A stretch of DNA of 64,000 bases from a virus: positions 1 to 64,000 of the IMG/VR virus record IMGVR_UViG_3300007072_000008, one strand, 5' to 3'. Made by a program: the position numbers and the translations under genes. Shown one piece after another: positions 63,608-64,000 of this stretch (its first letter is position 1; every line of letters starts with the position of its first letter). The notes beneath the pieces are model-generated. The model saw only the letters and a list, made by a program, of their open reading frames with translations. It did not search any database and had not been told where the DNA came from.

Positions 63608-64000
63608 ATGGCTTACAAAAATTCTAATTCTGACGCACAAAAAGAAGCTGTAATTGCACAGGCTCTAGAGACTGATGAAGGGCGCGTCGCCTTAGCTCAG
63701 TCAATGGTTGAACCAATTCGTCGTTCTCTTGAATATCAGGCGGTTGGTCGCAAACTGCTCATGGTAGATGAGCTTCCACAGGGCGCACTCGCTCGTTATG
63801 AAAGAGATGTTGCTTCTGTTGCTCACGTAATACCACGTCGAGGAGCAGTCCCTGATATGATTACCGAAGGCGAAGAAATATTGGTTCCAACCTTTGAAAT
63901 TGCTGCTTATCCAACTATTCGTTTGTCTGAAATTAAAGCACGTAGATTCTACATTGTAGATCGTGCTCAAATTAAGGCAAAAGAAGCTATCCAAAAAGAA
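63608..64000 (+). CDS. Major capsid protein (3' partial)
   Basis: AAGGAG SD; MAYKNSNSDAQKEAVIAQALETDEGRVALAQSMVEPIRRSLEYQAVGRKLLMVDELPQGALARYERD...VPTFEIAAYPTIRLSEIKARRFYIVDRAQ. Open to the window end, so absent from the ORF track. Confidence 0.9.
   Translation, partial: MAYKNSNSDAQKEAVIAQALETDEGRVALAQSMVEPIRRSLEYQAVGRKLLMVDELPQGALARYERDVASVAHVIPRRGAVPDMITEGEEILVPTFEIAAYPTIRLSEIKARRFYIVDRAQIKAKEAIQKE

Noticed and set aside
63701-63994. Minus-strand 97-aa ORF
   Set aside because: Antisense shadow of the major capsid gene that starts at 63608.

Overview
AT-rich, gene-dense 64-kb fragment of a large (jumbo/huge-type) tailed phage genome using the standard genetic code. The left half (mostly minus strand) carries metabolic and regulatory genes: dUTPase, class II ribonucleotide reductase, HNH nuclease, a FliA/WhiG-type sigma factor, thioredoxin, CYTH, PAS, a glycosyltransferase, a flavoprotein, AAA ATPases and a minus-strand array of about 13 intact tRNAs plus several decayed ones. 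The right half (plus strand, from about 34.6 kb) is the head morphogenesis operon: TIGR03790-like protein, glycosidase-like protein, terminase, portal with two inteins, a 1980-aa prohead protease/scaffold, decoration protein and the start of the major capsid protein. Several proteins point to a Planctomycetota host (inference from remembered family signatures). Most notable observations: (1) a leader-peptide attenuator with terminator, antiterminator and boxA-like motif directly upstream of the tRNA array, suggesting tRNA genes switched on by translational stalling; (2) a shared M[N/Q]WY[K/Q] N-terminal tag on unrelated enzymes plus pervasive K-x-A-[S/Q] motifs in head proteins, suggesting a capsid-targeting and cleavage system for injected effectors; (3) a ~160-nt rod-shaped, 6S-like ncRNA near the phage sigma gene; (4) two phage promoter classes that appear to drive leaderless genes; (5) a transposase-free cassette bounded by inverted repeats carrying a Dam-like methylase; (6) an atypical Leu1 intein in the portal. 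All calls come from reading the sequence by eye; no database searches were run.
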